Shown here piece by piece: positions 55,083 through 64,000 of a stretch of 64,000 nucleotides of DNA. Every line of letters begins with the position of its first letter. Position 1 is the first letter of the stretch. The notes below the pieces were generated by a model. It saw only the letters and a list, made by a program, of their open reading frames with translations. It ran no database searches and was not told the DNA's origin. The stretch is from NCBI RefSeq assembly GCF_006345805.1, contig NC_043009.1, positions 26,226,001 through 26,290,000 of the forward strand, given 5' to 3'. Made by a program: the position numbers and the translations under genes. The stretch comes from Octopus sinensis. Lineage: Eukaryota.

Positions 55083-55524
55083 TCTGTTCAGGATTTTCAT
55101 AAGTCGCTGAACTCAAAGGAGACCTACGAGAATCTCCAAGACTATAAGTTAGTTTATGTTAGGATATTGGACAATGGCAGCAACTAAAGATCATTCTGGG
55201 AATAAATAACAGCGAAAGTTTATAGATGATCCATTATTAGTGTTGGCCATAAAAGCCAGGGAGATGTATGAACATGAAAGACGTAAATCAATATGGCCGA
55301 CTCAGTTGAACAGTAATTTTGATATAATGAGGTTTTATCTATGTTACTATTTCAATTACAAAGAAGGATAAGAGAAAGCTTTTACCCGTGCGCACCCACT
55401 TAAAAACACACACATACACATACACACATACACCCGTACATACATACGAACATACATGCATACATATATACATATATGCATATAGACGCGAGCACACACA
55501 CATATATATGCACACCCACATATA

Positions 55525-55585
<61 letters not shown>

Positions 55586-56085
55586 GAGTGTATTTTACCT
55601 TGTTAACAATTACACGGATAAATGAATGAATAGTTACCAGGCAGCAAAATCTCACAAGTAAAGATGTTGTAACTCCTGCGTTGACTCCATTTTTTATTCC
55701 TATATATATATATATATATTATATATATATATATATACATATGTATGAATGTATGTATGTATGTATGTATGTATATAAATGTATAGGCGCAGGCGTGCCT
55801 TATGGTAAGAAATTTACTTCCCAAGTAAGTGGTTCCGGGTTCAGTCCCACTCCGTGGCACCTTATATATATATATATTTGTGTATGTGTGTGTCTTTGTG
55901 TCGGTCTGTATACCTCCCCGTAACTTAGCAGTTCGGCAACATACTCCGACAGAATAAGCACAGGGCTTTAAAAGAAAGTAATGTGGTCGATTCATTGGAT
56001 TAAAAAGTTGAAGGAGGTGTCTCAGCAAAGGTGTATAGCAAAGGTGCTTTCCTACTCAACAGCAATAATAATGATAATAATAATA

Positions 56086-56123
<38 letters not shown>

Positions 56124-56184
56124 TATTATTATTATTATGATAATGATAATAATACTAATAATGATAATAGTAATAATGGTAGCT

Positions 56185-56812
56185 TCACATTTTTGCACAA
56201 GGCCAGCAATTTCTGGAGAGTGGCTTAGTCGGTTACATCGATCCCCGTATCCAAGTAGTACTTACTTTTATCCTCCCAATAGGGTGAAACGCGAAGTCCA
56301 TCTCTGTGCAATTTGAACTCAGAACGTATAAAGCAAGAAGAAATGTAGGTAAGCATTAACAATTCAGTAACAATTCAGCCAGCTCACCACGTTTGCTAGT
56401 TTAAAATCTTGGCTTGAAGTCAGTCATTTTATAGGATAGGGTATGTCAGTTGTATCGATACCAGTTTATGAGTGGCACTTCATTTGATTGCCCCCGAAAG
56501 AAGGAAAGACAAAGTCCACTTCAATGGGAATTGAACAGAGAACGCAAAAAGCTGAAAGAAATAGATGTAATTTTCAGTTAATGGTCGATGAAATACGTGT
56601 CTTGAAAATGCAGGCGTTCGGTAATATATATGTGTGTGCGTGGCCGGTGATCAGAATGGTTGGCACGCCAGGCTAAATGCTGAACAGTATTTCTTCCGTC
56701 TTAACGTTCTGAGCTCAAATTCCGCCGAGGTGAAATTTGCATTTCGTCCTCTCGGAGTCGATAAATTAAGCGCCAGTTGCGCACTGGGGTCGATCTAATC
56801 GACTTCCCCTCC
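56185..56812. mobile_element. Cluster of family A SINE copies (two minus, one plus)
   Basis: Diverged central blocks and B boxes at ~56185-56390, 56405-56550 and 56650-56812. Confidence 0.7.
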
Positions 56813-57175
56813 CAGAAAGGAAAGGAAAACAGAAATAAACAGGGAGGGAAAATAGAAAAGTCATAGTGGCTAGCAATCAATACAGGATGGATCCTCCCGT
56901 CGTTAGACGATGGATGAGGGTTCGATAATTTATTGTCAAACAACCACACAGATAATTTGTTTATAGTGATCAGATGTTTTTTGTACACATAAGCTCACTC
57001 CCTCCATCAAATCGACATTACCTGTAGAGGTGCAACTGGGTTTCACATGTCAGATGACGAAATGATCGCAGAGTAGCGTGAAATGAAGTGCTTTGCTCAA
57101 AAGCACAACGCAACGCCCGGTCTGGGAATCGAACCCTGGATCTCGCAATGGTGAGTGCAACATCTGAGCCATACG

Positions 57176-57217
<42 letters not shown>

Positions 57218-57413
57218 ATTAATAATATCAGGGGTAATAAGAAATATTACAAATTTCTACTACCAGTGGCCGAGCGTGTAAAAAAAGATTTGTCAATTGA
57301 TATATATTATTCATATAAATACAGTGTACATTTAAACACAGAATAGGCATTCATCATAGGACTCCTTGCACGCTAGAAAGAACAGTTAAATTCTGCAAAC
57401 TGTATATATATAT

Positions 57414-57455
<42 letters not shown>

Positions 57456-58644
57456 TCTTTTTCTTCTCTTATATATAATAAATATACTTTCGTTTTCTTC
57501 TTACCACACATACATTATATATAAGTAATAGGGATTTATATACACAATAGAAATGTAGCATTGTACACACACATACACACACTGACACACACACACGGAC
57601 ACACACGAGCACACACACGCACACACACATACATGCACACACACATACACGCACACACGCACACACACACACACACAAACACATATGAAAGAGACTGAGA
57701 TAATGAGATACAACTGTTTTGCATGCATCGCCGTTTATTAACCAATCGCATACGTGACAAGACAGTTTACGATTCCAAACGCATTCAATTTCTTTAATGT
57801 TTATTAATAAAAACAAGCGAAATGCTAAAGAGATTCCACTGAAAACAAAATCCGTCTTTGATTATTCTTATCGGATTCGAGAAAATCTTTGCAATTTGTC
57901 TGAACGGATAAATTATAGAGGATCTTAGTAAAGCGGGGAGGAGAAGTCATTTCGCTCAAATGCTTTTAATGTCGTCAATCCCAGAGAGGATTATGGGATA
58001 TAAGAGTGAATAATGGCACTTAGAAAGATAAAATAGAGATATCTACCAAACACTTGTATGGAATTTATTGTCGTATAAAACTAAAATACGTTTGTTGGCT
58101 CGACAAAAGAATCGCATTAACTATTTGCACGCTGCACATTAGAATCCTAAAAATAAATTGAAACGAATTTGCATTGCAAATTTTCAACTTGACATTAATA
58201 TAACTCTCCATACTCATACATACATGTATACATACAAACATACAGACAACACACACATATATGCATACATGCATATATACATATATAGATATAGAAAGAT
58301 TGATAGATACATAGAGAGAGAGAGAGAAAGAGTAACAATGCTGATAAACACAATTATACTTCTCACAAACACACACTTATAAAGACGCACATACTCACGC
58401 ACACAGTATGTGTGTGTGTGAGTGCGTGTGTGTGAGTGTTTGTGTGTGTGTGTGTGGTGTGTGTGTGTGTGTGTGTGTGAGTGTGTGTGTGTGTGTATGT
58501 GTGTGTGTGCATTATACATATAGCTATTATTGATGCCGTGGATCTAGTCCTGGATGAAGAAATCGGAGTTTAAGTTTAAATTCATTGGAGCCATACTACG
58601 TGTTTTCTGTACTGAGCAAATCCGACACCCACATATTTCCTGTT

Positions 58645-58688
<44 letters not shown>

Positions 58689-58842
58689 TGTGTGTGTGTG
58701 TAGAAATCTGCGTTGCAAATATATATACATTCATTCACGCATTCAAACATATATGTGCACATGCAAACATTCACTCGTACGTATATAAATACATACAAAC
58801 ATACATGCATTCATACATATATACAAACATACATGCATGTAT

Positions 58843-58882
<40 letters not shown>

Positions 58883-59087
58883 CCACAAACACACACACAT
58901 ATACATATGTAAATCGACATTGCAAATAGACATGTATTCACACATACAGATATAGTGATTGCTGCATCTTCACAGATGATTACAGTCTCCTTGTGTCGCC
59001 TCGTGGTCAATGGCATTTCTGACTTTCCCATACATGACCTCTCAGAAGACTATTCAGCCTTGTACATCCGCACGGTTTGGAGCATAA

Positions 59088-59459
59088 TTCTTTTCTACTC
59101 TAGGCACAACGCCCGAAATTTGGGGGGATGGGACAGTAGATTAGATCGACCTCAGTATGCAACTGGTACTTAATCTATCGAAGAATAAAAAGCAAAGTTG
59201 ACCGGCGGAATCTGAACTCAGACGAAATACCTATTTCTTTACTACCCACAAGGGGCTAAACACAGAGAGGACAAACAAGGACAAATGGATCAAGTCGATT
59301 ACATCGACCCCAGTGCGTAACTGGTACTTTATTTATCGACCCCGAAAGGATGAAAGGCAAAGTCGACCTCGGCGGAATTTCAACTCAGAATGTAACGGCA
59401 GACGAAATACGGCTACGCATTTCGCCCGGCGTGCTAACGATTCTGCTAGCTTGCCGCCT
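59088..59459 (-). mobile_element. Dimeric MetaSINE-like SINE (family A)
   Basis: Head at 59459, first tail ...aaagaaatag joined to gtatttcgtc of a second partial monomer, final tail tgcctagagtagaaaagaat. Confidence 0.85.
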
Positions 59460-62280
59460 TTGTTTAGAGCATAATTGCCAGACAAATGTTGTAACTTATT
59501 GTGCTCTTCCAATCGATTAGGTCTGCGGACATCGCCATTCTTCCATCGCCAAATGACTTTCAGTTGATGGAATGACAAATGAGGTCTCCATAAAGAGACA
59601 ACTGTACTTCATTGTTTCATTGTGATAAACGTTTGTGCGTCATGAGTCTCACTCTCTGAGTCTCCATGGTAAGTTTCTAGTGACAAGCCGAAGCGTGATG
59701 GTCGGTATTCACGTAAAACTACAGGTTTTACGTCAGCGTCTCCTTGTTTAAGACGGATACTGTGACAACGTCTAGGGATCCCACATTCCCGGTGTTTTTA
59801 AAGCGCGCCCTGAAATAAACCAAGTGTTTGAGTTCTTAATTGGGAATGTTGTTAATAGGGATTTCGAAGTTTCTGCCAGTTAAACCATCGTGGGATTGCC
59901 GATAAATATACAGATATTCAAGACGCTGACTTCTCCATTAACCCCCTCCCAGTTAAGTGTAAATAAACAGCCCCTAGAAACTGAAGTAGGGACGGTAAGC
60001 ATCCTGTAAATGTTAGGTGTTCTGTTAGCTGTTGGAGTAGTCATCGTTACTATCTACTTCTGGTGTTGTTGTTGCTGTTGTCTTGTTTTTGTTGCTTCTG
60101 CTTCTGCTGTAACTACTACCACTACTGCTGCTGCTGCTTAGCCTCACATCAACTTTGACAGGCTAGAACGAGGACCGAAACCGCAATAATCGTAGACATC
60201 TCAGCTTTACCGATATTGTTTATTTCAAACTGCATTATGATCTTTACCAAAACTTCGGTTGGATTCGAGAAAGATTTTGCTATTACTTTTAGCGGGTAAC
60301 GTGAATGCTTAGATGGTTCCTTGCAATGTTGGTAAAGTATGTAGGAAGAAATCAGATTCTCACTAACATCACTTTCCTTTGATACCAAATACAGGAAAGA
60401 GAGAAAAAAAAAACAATTTCTTGGTTATTCATATCGTACAACATTCATGAGACTTATAAGCAGTAAGGTTTCTTAAAATGACTTCTAATTTTCATACAAG
60501 GCTAACAATTTTGAAGAGAGGGTTTAAGGTGATACCATCGACCCTACTACTTCACTGATACTTTTTTTTATTTTTTACCGACCCCGAAAGAATGAAAGGC
60601 AAAGTTGAATCCAGCGTGGTTTGGATTGAAGGTTTGCAAAAGTTAGAAAAGCAATTGATTGGAGATCATGTATATAGATCTATATCGATACTGCGATTAA
60701 TATTGTGATTTAAATATGTTATTTATCCTCTTTGTTCCCAATTAGGCTATAAATGTGCTTAACACTCTTTTTGTATAAGTCTAAGTTATACGCCTTTTGT
60801 AAAAGCCTAAATCTTGGTTACGACAGATAAGGTCCGAAAATTGCTGTGCGGATGACAGCTATGAAGCTAGAGACACATCTTCTTATTTCTAGAATGTAAT
60901 CCTGTCCTTTTCCTAAAGGAACGTCAGCTTTGGAGATTTTTTTTTATCTTGAGATTATCTCTCCTTCTTATATGGAATTGGTCTTAATTCCCATTACTTA
61001 ATTATGCCTCACTCAGTAAGGGTAGAAATAATTTTAATAAAACACGCATTTACGTCGTATGGTATTTGATATACCTGCATTTGTCTACGTTATTCAGTTA
61101 CATGCCACTGGCCATTCTGAGCTCATTCTCTTAACATTATGCAAATTACCATTATATCTGTATTTTTCTACGTTGTTCATAATATTCCTCTGTGTGGGCA
61201 TCCAATTACAAGGAAATATGGAAGAAAAGTTATTACTCTAGAAGTTTAATAGCTCAAAGAATCGGTGGTTTGATAAACTGTAACAGATAAGAGACTGAGA
61301 TGTATTTACACTCTCTTAAAATATGCACTCGGTTCCATTGAAAGACACGAAAATATATTAGCATTCCATTTCAGGCAAGGGAATCCATGTTAACTTTTAA
61401 AAATGAATAAAGTGATAAAACAATATATAAAGAAGATCTTGGAAATATCTACAATCAAGATCTTCCAATGATATGGAGAAGTGATCTTCTGACTATCCAG
61501 TGACTGGGTAATTCAAGTAGCAGATCTTTTTATCATTGGGAAGAGCAAAGTATTGTACAGCCTCTCATACAGCCTCCCACAAAACATAAACCTCAATACG
61601 TCAATATAATCTGATACAACTATTTCATTTTATTTAATCAGATTAATATAATTAGAAGAGGATCATACGAGAAACACCAAAATACATTCGACTTATGTAG
61701 TGTGTATAAAACATGACTCACTGAACAGCACGTCTCCATGCTATAACTGCAGGATAATTTGAATCGGATATCTATAATGCGTCTTGTATTCATTATACAA
61801 AGCTGTAATGCAATGGTTCCTATTCTTGTTTGTGTCCCTGGCTCCTAAGAAGTCACCCTCAACGTTTGGATATTACTGTATGAAGCTCTAGGATTGATAG
61901 GATCAGTTACCCAGTTTCTATGGCGTATAAGTCACCTGAGACGACAGAATTCACACTGAACGCGACGCCAGTCCGTCGTCAGGTGAATCAGTTGAGTGGG
62001 TTTCAGCAACATTGAAATGAAGAATTTTACTCAAGAACACAACATACCGCTCTGTCCGGGAATCGAAATCACCTTCATGCGATCGTGTGTACAACAACCT
62101 AACCACTGGGCCACAAAGCCAAAATAGAATGGTTCCCAAACTTGTCCTATGCCTTGTGTTCCTAGGAAATGTTTCGTTAATTTTTGTTTTCTTTTCTTGA
62201 ACTGCTATGTTACGGGGACGTATACACACCAACACCGGTTGTCAAGCAATGGGGAAGTACAAATACAGGCACACACACCA

Positions 62281-62324
<44 letters not shown>

Positions 62325-62654
62325 CATGGCTGTGTGATAAGAAGCTTGATTGCCAACTACATGATTCCGGGTTCAATCCCACTGCGTAGCACCTTGGGCA
62401 AGTGTCTTCTCCTATAGCCTTAAGCTAACCAAAGCCTTGTGAGTGGATTTGTTAGACGGAACCTGGAAGAAGCACGTTGTATATATATATGTATTTACGT
62501 CCCCGTAATCTAGCGCGGTTCGGCAAAATAAACCGATTGTATAAGTATTAGGCTTACAAAGAATAAGTCCTGGGGTCGATTCGTTCGACTAAAGGCGATG
62601 CTCCAGCATAGCCGCAGTCAAAATGACTGAAACAAGTAAGGGAATAAAGGAATA

Positions 62655-62763
<109 letters not shown>

Positions 62764-64000
62764 TGACAGATGTTCCAATCATAATAGAAGAAGAACACCA
62801 TCTTTGATAAAATCGAGAGGCAGGAACAAGGATTTGTCTTCACTCTTCACAGCGATGGTACTATTGAGTTAGTGGTGTCCTGGGCCGATAAGGCCCGAAA
62901 CCAATCTAAGTTATCTAAGTTATCTATTCAGGTGAGCTTTGCATTTTATGCACTAGGACCAAATCAGATCCTGTTTTCTTTTTAGCTCACTTTGTTTACC
63001 CACGTTATTGTATGTGGTTCAGTTTCAATGATTAAATAAATTAGTTATGAGAAAATTGACTTTATCACCTTTAAATGTGATGTGTCATTGCTTTCGTTAG
63101 GTGTGCAAAAATTAATCAAACATTTCCTAGGAACACGAAGCTATACTATAGCCGTTCACGAAAAAAAAAAAAACAAATTTTCTGACGCTCCAATGTATCT
63201 GCCACCTTCGCACCCTTAATCAGGTTAAAATAATATTGAAGAAAACGCTTGCAGCAATAGAACAGAATACTTCATACGTTTTACATCATGATGTTGTTAT
63301 CGTTGTTGCTGCCGTTGTTTACAACCAGTTCCGCTTTGATGCTGTAGATCAAAGATCAAAGCTTTTCCAGATGTGACTATTTTGTTTTCAAAAAAACAAC
63401 ATAGTACGAGTAGATCTACGATCAAATACATCCCACATATGACCATCCCGTATTTTTTTGTTTTAGTGGTGGTGGAATGAGGGATGGGGGATTTGAGATA
63501 ACATTTATGTCCTTCATTTAAAAACAGTGATTGGGCGTAGCTTAATCAATGTTGGTTGGGGTTATTTCTAGCTAGTCGAGAGACTCCTAAGAGACAGTCG
63601 CCTTGTTATCAGAAAGTTTCTACTGTCCACAGTTGGTCAGTTTTTTTGCATTAATTTGTTGACGACCCTTAGCGGTTCGGCAAAAAGGAACGGACTGAAT
63701 AAGTGTCAGGCTTCAAAAATATAAGCACTGGGGTGGAATTGGTCTATTAAGCACTTCAAGGCAGTGCTCCAGCATGACCCCATTCCAATGACTGAAATCA
63801 GCAAGAGATAAAAGATATATATATATATATATATATATACGTTTGCGTGGGTGCGTGGGTGTGCGTGTTTGCGTGTATCTGTGTGTGTATGTACGTGTTT
63901 TGTGTGTATGTGTATATATATATGTATACATATATATATGTACACACAAACCCCCACCCACACCCCACACACACACACACAACACACACACACCACACAC

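Noticed and set aside
59914-59994. Possible 81-nt exon (cag/IFKTLTSPLTPSQLSVNKQPLETEVGT/gtaagc)
   Set aside because: Weak acceptor without a pyrimidine tract and no recognisable peptide. RNA-seq would be needed.
62882-62905. GGGCC(gataa)GGCCC hairpin followed by GAAAC
   Set aside because: It resembles HHR stem II but lacks the upstream CUGANGA box and stem I.

Overview
AT-rich eukaryotic DNA packed with microsatellites and transposon remnants. The SINE families and repeat style point to an octopus/coleoid cephalopod intron or intergenic region (inference from recognition, no database search). No host gene is supportable, and almost all ORFs in the track are translations of (TA)n/(CA)n/(TATC)n/(TAA)n repeats. 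The main signal is a (TA)n-embedded nest of Penelope-like retroelements (PLEs): a Neptune-type GIY-YIG 3' fragment (11.6-12.8 kb) and two Naiad-type elements with inverted segments (22.0-25.6 kb and 27.5-30.0 kb). Nine minimal type I hammerhead ribozyme (HHR) motifs were read by eye, six of them within 25.5-29.9 kb. They include core variants and ORF-less foldback units built from inverted HHR-bearing termini. Other remnants are RTE, L1/Tx1-like, CR1 and R4/Dong LINEs, a pogo/Tigger transposase, mariner and Tc2/pogo-type MITEs, and three tRNA-derived SINE families. All coordinates and base pairings were derived manually, and repeat boundaries are approximate.
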